Virus record (IMG/VR): IMGVR_UViG_3300032219_002227
Span: 32,001-96,000 of that record
Direction: 5' to 3' (one strand)
Length of the DNA stretch: 64,000 nt
DNA from: a virus
Taxonomy: Duplodnaviria; Caudoviricetes
The notes under the pieces were generated by a model. That model was given only the letters and a program-made list of their open reading frames with translations, had not been told where the DNA came from and did no database searches. Both the position numbers and the translations under genes were made by a program. Positions 11,159 through 21,333 of this stretch are shown here, piece after piece (position 1 is the first letter of the stretch; the number at the start of each line of letters is the position of its first letter).

Positions 11159-11701
11159 ATGGCAAAAGCACTTATCATTACATGGGAAAAATTTCAAGAT
11201 CATGAATTGATCTACCCATATTATAGTTTAAAAGAAGCAGGTTACGAAGTAACACTAATGGCTAATAAACAAGGTAAAATTTGGGGTTCGTTAGGTACTC
11301 ATATGCTTTGTGATGTTGAAACTTCAATATTTGAAGATGAAATAATAAGACAACAATATTTAAATGAGTATGAAATTCTACTCGTACCGGGAGGTGTAAA
11401 AGCGCTTGAGAAAGTAAGACAAGAAAAAGGTGTACTTAAATTTATTCAAGAATGGAATACAGCAGATAAAACTATATTTTCTGTTTGTAATGGAGCCCAA
11501 TTGCTTATTTCAGCTAAAATTTTGAAAGGCAGAACACTTTCAGGATATTATTCAATTGACGTTGATATTGAAAACGCAGGCGCTACTTACGACAGAGGAC
11601 CAGTAGTAGTAGATAGAAATATTATTTCTTGTCCACATTATGATTTTATGGGTGATTGGATGAGAACAGCATATCAAGTACATAATGAGAGAAAAAAATG
11701 A
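11159..11701 (+). CDS. DJ-1/PfpI family protein
   Basis: FQDHE..YPY, VPGG, VCNGAQLL, VVVDRNIIS. Confidence 0.9.
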   Translation: MAKALIITWEKFQDHELIYPYYSLKEAGYEVTLMANKQGKIWGSLGTHMLCDVETSIFEDEIIRQQYLNEYEILLVPGGVKALEKVRQEKGVLKFIQEWNTADKTIFSVCNGAQLLISAKILKGRTLSGYYSIDVDIENAGATYDRGPVVVDRNIISCPHYDFMGDWMRTAYQVHNERKK

Positions 11702-12378
11702 GTAACTACAGTAATAATATAGTTAAAAAACCATGGGGTTATGAATACCTAGCATATCAAAATAAAGATGTTGCTTTATGGTTATTATATATTAAACATG
11801 GTCATCGTACTTCTTTACACTGCCATCCTAATAAAACAACAGGGTTAGTATTATTAAAAGGAAAAGCAGAAGTATCTTTTTTAAATAGTAGTACTATACT
11901 TAATTCTACTGATAAAATAATGATTCGAAAAGGATTATTCCATTCTACAGAAGCATTAAGTGAAGATGGAATATTTTTGTTTGAAATAGAAACCCCAGTA
12001 GATAAACAAGACTTAGTTAGATTTAAAGATAGCTACGGTAGAGAAGGTAAACCATATGAAGATGAAACTTTTGAAATACCTAAAGCAGAAGATTGTTTAT
12101 GGATTTACGAACCTAAAAATGGTGAAACTAAAGATTATATATTTGTTGATTGCTTACTTGATGTAAAAAATATTACTAATATAGAGGACTTTGATAAAAT
12201 TGAAGACTCATTAAATATAATGTTTTTAAAAGGAGGTATATTGGCCGAATATGGTCAAAAAGTAGCTGGACCTGGGGATGTAGTTATATCAAGTACTATT
12301 AAACAACTTACTAAAGTATTCTCTAAATTAGACCCAGATACTATAATAATGATTTTTAAAAAGGAAAATAATGTCTAA
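11698..12378 (+). CDS. Cupin-domain protein (MPI-like)
   Basis: KPWGYE, TSLHCH, FHST, DLVRFKDSYGR. Confidence 0.75.
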   Translation: MSNYSNNIVKKPWGYEYLAYQNKDVALWLLYIKHGHRTSLHCHPNKTTGLVLLKGKAEVSFLNSSTILNSTDKIMIRKGLFHSTEALSEDGIFLFEIETPVDKQDLVRFKDSYGREGKPYEDETFEIPKAEDCLWIYEPKNGETKDYIFVDCLLDVKNITNIEDFDKIEDSLNIMFLKGGILAEYGQKVAGPGDVVISSTIKQLTKVFSKLDPDTIIMIFKKENNV

Positions 12379-12757
12379 TTTTTACCCACCTGGATTTAAA
12401 ACTGAAAAAAAAGTAGTAGCAATTGATTTTGATGGTGTAATACATGATGCTTATAAAGGATGGGGTGATGGTACTTGTTATGGAGATCCACTACCTGGAG
12501 CTTTAGAAGCAATAAAGAAATTAGCCGAGAATTATGATATTGTTATCTTTACTGCTAAAGCAAAGCCAGATCGCCCATTAGTAAATAATAAAACTGGTTC
12601 TATGTTAGTTAGAGAATGGTTTATTAAATATGGTGTAGTAGATTATATAAAGGGTATTACTAGTGAAAAACCAAGAGCTGAACTATATATTGACGATAAT
12701 GGTTATCGTTTTGAAAATTGGAATGATACTTTAAAATTTATAGAAAATGAATTATAG
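12371..12757 (+). CDS. HAD-family hydrolase
   Basis: DFDGVIH, FTA, KP...YIDD. Confidence 0.85.
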   Translation: MSNFYPPGFKTEKKVVAIDFDGVIHDAYKGWGDGTCYGDPLPGALEAIKKLAENYDIVIFTAKAKPDRPLVNNKTGSMLVREWFIKYGVVDYIKGITSEKPRAELYIDDNGYRFENWNDTLKFIENEL

Positions 12758-13574
12758 ATTAAATGCATTTAAAAAAGCATCATTTTGTAGACACTTTGAA
12801 AATGCTGTATATAAAAATGCTCAAAATAAAAATATAAAACTTCCAATCTACCTATCAGCAGGACAAGAATATATCCCCGCTAGTATAGCTACTGTTTTAG
12901 AAGAACAAGGAATTGAACCTAATATCTTTATTCAACATAGAGGTCACTCAACATATCTTTCATTTGGAGCAGATCCCGTTGCATTAGTAAATGAGTTACT
13001 AGGTAGAAAAACAGGATGTGCAGGTGGAATGGGAGGATCTGCTTCTATTCATTCATATGAAAAAAATATATTTGGTCATGATGGGTTAATGGGTAGTCAA
13101 GTTCCTATAGCAGTAGGACATTGTTATGCTACTCGTAAACCAACTATTGTAGTAATGGGAGATGCATCAGCAGAAGAAGATTATGTATTAGGTGCTATGG
13201 GTTGGGCATCAACTAAAAACTTACCTATATTATTTGTAGTTGAAGATAATAATTTATCTATCTTAACTGAAAAGAAAGTTAGACGTAATTGGGAAATGGA
13301 TGATGTAGCTAAAGCATTTAAAATGAGAGGTTTTAATATTGAAGATAATCCTGAAATAATTAAAGAACACCTTAAAGATGTATTTAATGGCCCTATGCTT
13401 TTAAATATCAATACAAATAGAAAATATTGGCACTCAGGCGCAGGACAAGATGGAAATAATTTTGATCGTTATGAAAAAGAATTAAATCTACTTGGTGAAG
13501 AAGCAATTCAAATTGATTTAGAAAATAAACAATCTATAGAAAAGTTATGGCAATTACAGTTAGAGAAACAATAA
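12747..13574 (+). CDS. TPP-dependent dehydrogenase E1 alpha-like subunit
   Basis: GQE, HRGH, GMGGS, GDA...EDN TPP-binding motif. Confidence 0.9.
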   Translation: MNYRLNAFKKASFCRHFENAVYKNAQNKNIKLPIYLSAGQEYIPASIATVLEEQGIEPNIFIQHRGHSTYLSFGADPVALVNELLGRKTGCAGGMGGSASIHSYEKNIFGHDGLMGSQVPIAVGHCYATRKPTIVVMGDASAEEDYVLGAMGWASTKNLPILFVVEDNNLSILTEKKVRRNWEMDDVAKAFKMRGFNIEDNPEIIKEHLKDVFNGPMLLNINTNRKYWHSGAGQDGNNFDRYEKELNLLGEEAIQIDLENKQSIEKLWQLQLEKQ

Positions 13575-14461
13575 AAAATATTACTTATAAACATCTTACT
13601 GAAGGTAGAGGTAAATGTTATGGACAATGTCTTACTGCTGTAGGTTGGGTAGGTGGAACTTTACCTGAACTATATGAAGAAGATGGTATGGTTGAATTAT
13701 CTATGGCTGATGTAGCTGGAGGTTCAATAGTAACAGGTGTAGCCTTATCTGGTGAAAGAGCAATTTATGTTGTTCGATATCAAGGATTTCAATGGTACAA
13801 TGCAGTATCAGTTGTTAACTATGCTGCAAAATCAAAAGAATTATGGAATCGTCCATGTCCTATATTTGTAAGGAGTATAGCAATGGAAGGTGGAATTGGC
13901 CCTGTAGCTGGATCTTCTCATCATTCATTAGTACATCGTATGCCTGGAATTAAAGTATTAGCCCCTATGACTCCAGAAGAATATCAACTATCATATGATC
14001 TATATATGGCCGATAATGATCCATATTATATTTCAGAGCATAGAAAATCATATGATAATACAGAAGAATTGTGTGATGTAGTTGATAAAGAGGAAGTTGA
14101 TTTTACTATATTTCCTATTTCAATTACACGTTTTGAAATGAAAAAACTAATTGAATTGGCTAATCAAGAAGGAATTAAATTAAATATACTTCATCAATTA
14201 TGGCTTAAACCATTCCATGTATTAGATTATTGGACATCAGCTTTAAAAAATTCTAAGTATGGTGGATTAGTAACAGATGATGATTACGTTGAAGGTGTAG
14301 CTAGTAGTATAGCTAATCAATTAACTGTATCTACTGGTAAAGTAGTTCATACATTAGGTTTAGAACCAAGGACAGCAGGATTCCACCCATCAGTAGATAA
14401 TTTACCTCCAACAGCTGAAAAAATATTAGAAAAATTAAAACAAATAAAAAATGAGCTTTAA
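13547..14461 (+). CDS. TPP-dependent E1 beta/transketolase C-terminal-like subunit
   Basis: TGVALSG, NYAAK, PIFVR, PGIKVLAPMTP, SEHRK; overlaps alpha gene. Confidence 0.85.
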   Translation: MAITVRETIKNITYKHLTEGRGKCYGQCLTAVGWVGGTLPELYEEDGMVELSMADVAGGSIVTGVALSGERAIYVVRYQGFQWYNAVSVVNYAAKSKELWNRPCPIFVRSIAMEGGIGPVAGSSHHSLVHRMPGIKVLAPMTPEEYQLSYDLYMADNDPYYISEHRKSYDNTEELCDVVDKEEVDFTIFPISITRFEMKKLIELANQEGIKLNILHQLWLKPFHVLDYWTSALKNSKYGGLVTDDDYVEGVASSIANQLTVSTGKVVHTLGLEPRTAGFHPSVDNLPPTAEKILEKLKQIKNEL

Positions 14462-15614
14462 TTGGCCTTTAATTAATGACAATATTACTCAACAAGATAG
14501 AGAAGTATTGGCCGATTTCTGTTTAAACGGAAAACGTTTTACTAACGGAGAGAAAGTAAAAGAATTTGAAAAAGTATGGTCTGAATGGCTTGGAGTTAAA
14601 CATTCAGTAATGGTTAATTCAGGTGCCTCTGCTAATTTCATTTCAATTGCAATGGTAAAAGAACTAAAAGGTATAGGTGAAGTAATTGTACCCCCAATCG
14701 GATGGGTTTCAGATATATCTTCAGTAGTACAATTAGGAATGAAACCAGTATTTGTAGACATTGATATAAATAATTTCAATATCACAGCCGAAAATATTAA
14801 AGCAGCTATTACTAAAGATACTAAAGCAATTGTATTAGTCCATACTTTAGGATTTAATGGTATGACTGATGAAATTGTTAAGATAGCAAAAGAAAATAAC
14901 CTTATATTAATTGAAGACTGTTGTGAAGCACACGGTGCTACATTTGGAGATAAAAAAGTAGGATCAATTGGTGATATTAGTTTATTTTCATTTTATTTTG
15001 GACATCATATTACTACAATCGAAGGTGGTACAGTATGTGTTAACGATAATAAATTATATGACTTAGCTAAGCTATTCCGTTCACATGGTATGACTAGAGA
15101 AGCCTCATCTGAATTACAAGAACAATATAAACTATCAAATCCAGAATTAAATCCATTATTTACATTTGCTGTAGCTGGATTTAATATGAGATCAACTGAA
15201 TTAAATGCTGTGTTAGGATTAGAACAAATGAAACGTTTAGATTATAATATTGAATGCCGTAGAAATAATCTTAATACTTGGTTACAACATCTCGATTCAT
15301 CTAAATTTATTACTTCATTCAATACAGAAGGTAATAGTAACTTTGCTTTACCACTTGTAATGCAAAATGTTATTAAAAATAAACTAAAAGATGTTTGTAA
15401 TATATTAACTGAAAATGGAGTTGAATATAGAGTAGGAACAGCAGGTGGAGGAAATCAAGCTCGTCAACCATATTTAGAAAAATTTTCATATAAAATATTT
15501 GGAATCCTAAATAAAGCTAATTATATTCATGAAAACGCTCTCTATATAGGCAATCATCCAGAATTAACAGAAGAGCAAATTACTGATCTTTGTAAAAAAT
15601 TAAATAATGTTTAA
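14451..15614 (+). CDS. DegT/DnrJ-family PLP enzyme, His-type (ColD/E1-like C3 dehydratase)
   Basis: VNSGASAN, IEDCCEAHG, SFYFGHHITTIEGG with His at the usual PLP-Lys position. Confidence 0.85.
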   Translation: MSFNWPLINDNITQQDREVLADFCLNGKRFTNGEKVKEFEKVWSEWLGVKHSVMVNSGASANFISIAMVKELKGIGEVIVPPIGWVSDISSVVQLGMKPVFVDIDINNFNITAENIKAAITKDTKAIVLVHTLGFNGMTDEIVKIAKENNLILIEDCCEAHGATFGDKKVGSIGDISLFSFYFGHHITTIEGGTVCVNDNKLYDLAKLFRSHGMTREASSELQEQYKLSNPELNPLFTFAVAGFNMRSTELNAVLGLEQMKRLDYNIECRRNNLNTWLQHLDSSKFITSFNTEGNSNFALPLVMQNVIKNKLKDVCNILTENGVEYRVGTAGGGNQARQPYLEKFSYKIFGILNKANYIHENALYIGNHPELTEEQITDLCKKLNNV

Positions 15615-16572
15615 AGACCAAAAAGTATTAGTTACTGGTGGAAGTGGAATGATTGGGCGTCAATTAGTAAATTTATTAATTGATAGAGGAGCTACAGTAT
15701 ATGTAGCTGATCTTAATGAACCTCTTAATATGCCTTCTGAAATCATATTTAAAAAAGTTGATTTAAGAGACTTTAGTGATTGTAAAAGAATATGTGAAGG
15801 AATGGATTATGTGTTTAATCTAGTTGGTATTAAAGCTTCACCTAAAGTAACATTAGAACAACCATTTGATATTATGGGTCCAATGCTTCAATTTAATACT
15901 AATATGATTGAAGCAGCACTAACAACACCAAGCATAAAATGGTTTCTATATACAAGTACAGTTGGTGTTTATACTCCAGCTGAAGTATTTTATGAAGATG
16001 ATGTTTGGAATGGTTTTCCATCTCGAAATGACTGGTATGGAGGTTGGGCTAAAAGAATGGGTGAATTGCAGTGTGAAGCTTATGAAAAACAATATGGTGA
16101 AGGAAAATGTTCCATTATCAGACCAGCTAACGTTTATGGACCATATGATAATTTCGATCCTAAAAATTCAATGGTAGTACCTTCATTAATTAGAAAAGCA
16201 GCTGAAAACGATATTATTGAAGTTTGGGGTGATGGTTCATCAATTAGAGATTTTGTTCACGCTAAAGATGTAGCAAATGGAATGTTGTTTGCTGTTGAAA
16301 ATAAAATAACTAAACCACTTAATATTGGTAGTGGAAATGGAGTAACAATTAAAGAATTAGCAGAAATAGTAGCTGAATACTTTAATAAACCAATTAAATG
16401 GTTAACTGACAAACCTTCAGGAGATGCTAAACGTATCTTCAGTATGGAAAGAGCATATTCATATGGATTTAAAAATGAAGTATCACTTAAAGACGGAGTA
16501 ATAGATGCTATTGAATGGTTTTTAAAAAATAAAAATATAGTAGATAAAAGATTTAATATTTTAAATAAATAA
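15607..16572 (+). CDS. NAD-dependent epimerase/reductase (GDP-fucose synthase-like)
   Basis: TGGSGMIG, RPANVYGP.DNF, WGDGSSIRDFVH; catalytic YxxxK appears as YGGWAK. Confidence 0.85.
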   Translation: MFKDQKVLVTGGSGMIGRQLVNLLIDRGATVYVADLNEPLNMPSEIIFKKVDLRDFSDCKRICEGMDYVFNLVGIKASPKVTLEQPFDIMGPMLQFNTNMIEAALTTPSIKWFLYTSTVGVYTPAEVFYEDDVWNGFPSRNDWYGGWAKRMGELQCEAYEKQYGEGKCSIIRPANVYGPYDNFDPKNSMVVPSLIRKAAENDIIEVWGDGSSIRDFVHAKDVANGMLFAVENKITKPLNIGSGNGVTIKELAEIVAEYFNKPIKWLTDKPSGDAKRIFSMERAYSYGFKNEVSLKDGVIDAIEWFLKNKNIVDKRFNILNK

Positions 16573-16574
16573 AA

Positions 16575-17534
16575 ATGGGATTTTATACTGGTAAAAATGT
16601 ATTAGTAACAGGAGCTGCAGGTATTACAGGACACGCAGCTGTTAAAAGACTATTAGCTGAAGGAGCTAATGTTAGAGCAACTGTTTATAATAATAGAGAG
16701 TTAGGTATAGAACCTAATTCAAATCTTGAAGTAGTTAAATGCGATCTTATGAAACATGAAGATTGTATGAGTGTATTACAAGGTATTGATGTTGTATTTA
16801 ACTTTGTAGCTTTTATTAGAGGAGCTAAAGGACAAACAGAATACGGAAACGCTTTAGATTTAGTAAGAAACAATCTATTTACTTCAATTAATATGATTGA
16901 TGCTGCTGTTAGAAGTAAAACTCCACTATTTGGATTTATTGGCAGCTCTACTATGTACCCAGATGTTTCTCATCCAGTAAATGAAGATGAAGCATATGAT
17001 TCTGAACCTCATAAATTATACAGAGGTGTAGGTTGGATGAAACGTTATGTTGAACAAGTAATTCGTTATTATCAAGATATCTCAGAAACTAAATTTGGAG
17101 TTGTTCGTACAACAGCAATTTACGGTCCACACGATGCATTCAACGAAAACGGACATGCTATTCCTCAATTGATTCTAAAAGCAGATGCTGGTATGAATCC
17201 ATTTGAAGTATGGGGTGATGGAACTCAAACACGTGATTTTATTTATGTAGATGATGTAGTTGATGCTGTTATGACTGTAGTTGAAAAAGCACCTACAGGA
17301 AGACCATATAATGCTTCTACAGGTAAAGGAACAACTGTAACTGAATTAGTAGAAACAATTACTGATGTTTATGGCTATAAACCAGAATTTAATTATGATA
17401 TAACTAAACCAACAATGATTCCAGTACGTTTAGTAGATGTATCAAGAATTAAAAATGAAGTAGGTTGGGAAGCAAAAACATCGTTAAAAGAAGGATTAGA
17501 GAAAACAATTGAATGGTATAAAAATAATAAATAA
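16575..17534 (+). CDS. NAD-dependent epimerase/reductase
   Basis: TGAAGITG, IYGPHD, WGDGTQTRDFIYV. Confidence 0.85.
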   Translation: MGFYTGKNVLVTGAAGITGHAAVKRLLAEGANVRATVYNNRELGIEPNSNLEVVKCDLMKHEDCMSVLQGIDVVFNFVAFIRGAKGQTEYGNALDLVRNNLFTSINMIDAAVRSKTPLFGFIGSSTMYPDVSHPVNEDEAYDSEPHKLYRGVGWMKRYVEQVIRYYQDISETKFGVVRTTAIYGPHDAFNENGHAIPQLILKADAGMNPFEVWGDGTQTRDFIYVDDVVDAVMTVVEKAPTGRPYNASTGKGTTVTELVETITDVYGYKPEFNYDITKPTMIPVRLVDVSRIKNEVGWEAKTSLKEGLEKTIEWYKNNK

Positions 17535-18544
17535 TGGTTAATGCTTTTATTACCGGTATTACAGGAATGGTAGGATCACATTTAGCTGATTACTTATTAG
17601 CTAATACTGATTGGAAAATATATGGTTTAACTCGATGGAATGACTCATTAGAAAATATTGAGCATCTATCATCTGAAATCAATAATAAAGAACGTATTGA
17701 ATTAGTATATGGTGATTTAAATGATTTAGCTTCATTATTAGCAGCTGTAAATAAATCAAAACCAAACTACGTATTTCACTTAGCAGCACAATCATATCCA
17801 CAAACATCATTTGACTCACCTGTTGAAACACTTCAAACTAATATTTTAGGAACTACTAACCTACTAGAAGCATTAAGACATTCAGAATATAAAAATGCTG
17901 TAATTCACGTTTGCGCTTCAAGTGAAGTATTTGGACGTGTACCTAAAGAAAAATTACCAATTAATGAAGAATGTTCATTCCACCCAGCATCACCCTATGC
18001 AATATCTAAGGTTGGAACTGATCTAGTAGGTCGTTACTATGCTGAAGCATATGATATGACTATTATGACTACACGTATGTTTACGCATACTGGTCCTAGA
18101 CGTGGTGATGTATTTTCAGAATCAACATTTGCTAAACAAATAGCAATGATTGAAGTTGGATTACAAGAACCAAAAATATATGTTGGTAATTTAAAGTCAT
18201 TAAGAACATATGCTGATGTTAGAGATGCTGTTAAAGCATATTATATGCTTGTAACTGTTAATCCTAAAGCAGGTGAGTATTATAATATTGGAGGTACTTA
18301 TACTTGCGAAATTGGAGATATGCTTAATTTTTTAATTAGCCAATCAACAGTACCTAATATTGAAATTGTAACTGATCTAGAGCGTTTAAGACCAATTGAT
18401 GCTGATTTACAAATACCCGATACAACTAAATTTCAAGAACATACAGGGTGGAAACCAGAAATTTCATTTGATAAAACAATGAAAGATCTTTTAGAGTATT
18501 GGAGAAGTAAAGTAAAATCAGGTCGTAAATTTCTAAGACGATGA
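17534..18544 (+). CDS. gmd: GDP-mannose 4,6-dehydratase
   Basis: TGITGMVGSHL, HLAAQS, SSEVFG, SPYAISK, GPRRG, GNL.S.R, RLRPID. Confidence 0.85.
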   Translation: MVNAFITGITGMVGSHLADYLLANTDWKIYGLTRWNDSLENIEHLSSEINNKERIELVYGDLNDLASLLAAVNKSKPNYVFHLAAQSYPQTSFDSPVETLQTNILGTTNLLEALRHSEYKNAVIHVCASSEVFGRVPKEKLPINEECSFHPASPYAISKVGTDLVGRYYAEAYDMTIMTTRMFTHTGPRRGDVFSESTFAKQIAMIEVGLQEPKIYVGNLKSLRTYADVRDAVKAYYMLVTVNPKAGEYYNIGGTYTCEIGDMLNFLISQSTVPNIEIVTDLERLRPIDADLQIPDTTKFQEHTGWKPEISFDKTMKDLLEYWRSKVKSGRKFLRR

Positions 18545-19278
18545 AAATATTAGTTATAGGTGATAGCTGTACTGATATATTCAGATACGGTAAAGTAGAA
18601 AGACTCGCTCCGGAAGCACCAGTACCTGTTATTATTCCCGAAAGAGAAGAATCAACACCGGGTATGGCAGGAAATGTAGTTAGAAATTTAGAAGTATTAG
18701 GTGCGGATGTTACTTTTATTACTAATACAACTAGTATTAGAAAAGTTAGATATGTTTGTTCTAAATATAATCATATACTATTAAGGGTAGATGAAAATGA
18801 TAAATGTGAAAATATAAATGATCAGGTATCAGGAAATATATATTGGAGTGATTTTGATGCAGTTGTAATTAGTGATTATAATAAAGGATTTCTAGATGAA
18901 TTAGATATAAAATATATTTCAGAACAACATCCATTAATATTTTTAGATACTAAAAAAATACTAGGAAAATGGGCTCATGAAATTAATTGTATTAAAATTA
19001 ATTATCAAGAATATCTAAATAATCGTTCAATATTAGAATATGATTCTAATTTAAAAGATAAGACAATAGTAACAAGAGGTAAATATGGATGTGATTTTAG
19101 AGGAGTAAATTATCCAACTAAAGAAGTTCCTGTAAAAGATGTTTCTGGAGCAGGAGATACATTTTTAGCTGGTTTAGTAGTAGAGTACCTCAAAACAAAG
19201 GATTATGAAAAAGCAATTGCATTTGCTCAAGAATGCACAACAATAGTAGTTCAAAAATCAGGAGTATCAACAATATAA
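18541..19278 (+). CDS. PfkB-family kinase, HldE/RfaE domain I-like
   Basis: RLAPEAPVPV, GMAGNV, SDYNKG, DVSGAGDTF. Confidence 0.9.
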   Translation: MKILVIGDSCTDIFRYGKVERLAPEAPVPVIIPEREESTPGMAGNVVRNLEVLGADVTFITNTTSIRKVRYVCSKYNHILLRVDENDKCENINDQVSGNIYWSDFDAVVISDYNKGFLDELDIKYISEQHPLIFLDTKKILGKWAHEINCIKINYQEYLNNRSILEYDSNLKDKTIVTRGKYGCDFRGVNYPTKEVPVKDVSGAGDTFLAGLVVEYLKTKDYEKAIAFAQECTTIVVQKSGVSTI

Positions 19279-19279
19279 T

Positions 19280-20134
19280 ATGGAAACAAAAGCAGTAGTA
19301 TTAGGTTGCCGAAATGATGGCTATAAAGAAGATGAAAGAGTAGTAGCGTGTCTTAATTCAATGGTAGATACGTTTGATGAGGTATGGTTCTGTGATTGGA
19401 ACTCACCTGCCAAAAATGGTCCACTATTATGGAAATTAAAAGATCAAATTTTTAAAACAGGTAAGATTAAACATTTTGTTATTGATGAAAATGCAGCTAA
19501 AATACTTACAAATCACAATGATAAAGTAAGTCCATACGCTTTTATATTAGCTCAAAATCTAATGATTAGAAGATGTAATACAGATTGGATTACAAGTACA
19601 GCAATGGATATTGTAGCTCCAAGTAAAGAAAATTTAGATGTTTTTATTTCTAAAGCTAACAAAAATACATTCTATTCAGTTTCAAGACGTGATGTAGAAT
19701 ATTCAGAATTAGAAAATAGAAATTTCGATTGGAAATTATTTAGGAGCGAAATGGACGCTATAAGTGAACCTAGAATATTCCCAGCTAGAGTATGTCCTAA
19801 TGATGATTATAGTTTAATTAATTGCTGTGGTGATTTTCAAACAGCACATAGAGATGTATGGCATAAAATTAAAGGATTTGAAGAAAAAATGCTGTACGCT
19901 TGTTTTGGAGATACAAATGTTCAAAAGAAAGCAGTATTAAATGGGTTTAATTTAGAAGCATATTTTGATCTTCCATTATATCATTTGTCTCATAAAGGAA
20001 TGGGGAACGATGGTTCATCACCTTCAAAACAATATTATAATGATGTATGGGATTGGGTAGAATGGTTTAATGAATCACAAAATAATGAAAATTGGGGTTT
20101 TTCTAATATAGAAATAGAACATGAAATTTGGTAA
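19280..20134 (+). CDS. Putative glycosyltransferase
   Basis: RNDGY, DWNS, CGDFQ, W.KIKGFEE, LYHLSH; GT-A-like. Confidence 0.55.
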   Translation: METKAVVLGCRNDGYKEDERVVACLNSMVDTFDEVWFCDWNSPAKNGPLLWKLKDQIFKTGKIKHFVIDENAAKILTNHNDKVSPYAFILAQNLMIRRCNTDWITSTAMDIVAPSKENLDVFISKANKNTFYSVSRRDVEYSELENRNFDWKLFRSEMDAISEPRIFPARVCPNDDYSLINCCGDFQTAHRDVWHKIKGFEEKMLYACFGDTNVQKKAVLNGFNLEAYFDLPLYHLSHKGMGNDGSSPSKQYYNDVWDWVEWFNESQNNENWGFSNIEIEHEIW

Positions 20135-20160
20135 TATATTTATAGAAGAATATATAATGT

Positions 20161-20700
20161 ATGCCAAAATTACGTCGACTTAAAGCAGATCCACTTAATA
20201 GAATCATCACAGTAGGATATATCGATGCAGATTCAATCAACGATATCATCCAACTTATATATGAAATTAACGAAGAAGACGTTAAAAAAACGCAAGTAGA
20301 ACCGATAAAATTAATAATTAATTCACCTGGCGGAGAAGTATATAGCGGTTTAGCTTTAATTGATGTAATTGATAATTCATTAACCCCTATATATACAGTA
20401 TGTCATGGTGCTGCAATGTCGATGGGATTAATAGTATACGCTGCTGGACATAGTAGAATAGCAAGTAAATACGCTACATTTATGTATCATGAATCGCATT
20501 ATGAAATAAATGGAAAAGTAACTACTCATAAACAAGAAATAAAAGAAACAAATCGTACTGAAAAAATATGTGATGACTATTTACTTTCTAAAACAAAACT
20601 TACTCTAGCTGTATTAAAAAAAGTTAAAAGTAAACAGGAAGAATGGTATTTTGATGTAAATACTGCTAAAAAATATGGACTAGTAGACGAAATTATTTAA
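20161..20700 (+). CDS. clpP: ClpP-family protease subunit
   Basis: INSPGG.V, AAMSMG (catalytic Ser), FMYH (His), A.KYGLVD. Confidence 0.9.
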   Translation: MPKLRRLKADPLNRIITVGYIDADSINDIIQLIYEINEEDVKKTQVEPIKLIINSPGGEVYSGLALIDVIDNSLTPIYTVCHGAAMSMGLIVYAAGHSRIASKYATFMYHESHYEINGKVTTHKQEIKETNRTEKICDDYLLSKTKLTLAVLKKVKSKQEEWYFDVNTAKKYGLVDEII

Positions 20701-20722
20701 TATTTATATACAAATACACACA

Positions 20723-21028
20723 ATGGCTGAAGAAATAAAATCAAAACTTAAAGTAGACGTTAATCATAACCCAACTAAAAAGGGTATTAAAGTACAATTT
20801 AAACTACCTCAAGCACTTGAAGGTGAAGCTAAAGCAGACGCTACTCGAAAATTACAGTCTAAATTAACACAGGGATTATCACAATATGGGTTAACAGTGA
20901 ATCAAGATACAGATGTACCTTATCCAGATGTAATTGGATTTTTAATTCCAATTGCCGATCTTAGATCACTTATATTAAATTCTATTACACCTAAGTCAGC
21001 AGACAGTGAAAATAATGCCCCAGTATAA
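20723..21028 (+). CDS. Hypothetical protein
   Basis: ORF preceded by ATATTTATA motif at 20700. Confidence 0.6.
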   Translation: MAEEIKSKLKVDVNHNPTKKGIKVQFKLPQALEGEAKADATRKLQSKLTQGLSQYGLTVNQDTDVPYPDVIGFLIPIADLRSLILNSITPKSADSENNAPV

Positions 21029-21030
21029 AC

Positions 21031-21330
21031 ATGAGACGAAAAATACCTACATTTAGAGTAAATTTAGGCCCTGAAACTTCATATGATATGTTAACTGAAG
21101 TACCAGAAGTAGTTCAGATAGTATTAGATGAAACTGTGTTTGCAATCAAAGAAGGTATAGCTAAAAAGAAAAAATCAATTCCTCTATTTGCAGTAGCTAA
21201 TTCAGAGTATTTCATTGAACTGAAAAAAGATCAATGGAAAACATCATTAGAAAAAGCACTTGAATATTATGTTGAAAAGGAAGAATATGATAGATGTATT
21301 GAATGTAGAGACTTAATTAATAAACTTTAA
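21031..21330 (+). CDS. Hypothetical protein with C-terminal UVR-like motif
   Basis: EKEEYDRCIECRDLI; similar to 24216..24539. Confidence 0.6.
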   Translation: MRRKIPTFRVNLGPETSYDMLTEVPEVVQIVLDETVFAIKEGIAKKKKSIPLFAVANSEYFIELKKDQWKTSLEKALEYYVEKEEYDRCIECRDLINKL

Positions 21331-21333
21331 GTT

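Noticed and set aside
12747-14461. Pyruvate dehydrogenase as a central-metabolism auxiliary gene
   Set aside because: No E2/E3 and embedded in an NDP-sugar operon; a sugar-branching role is more parsimonious
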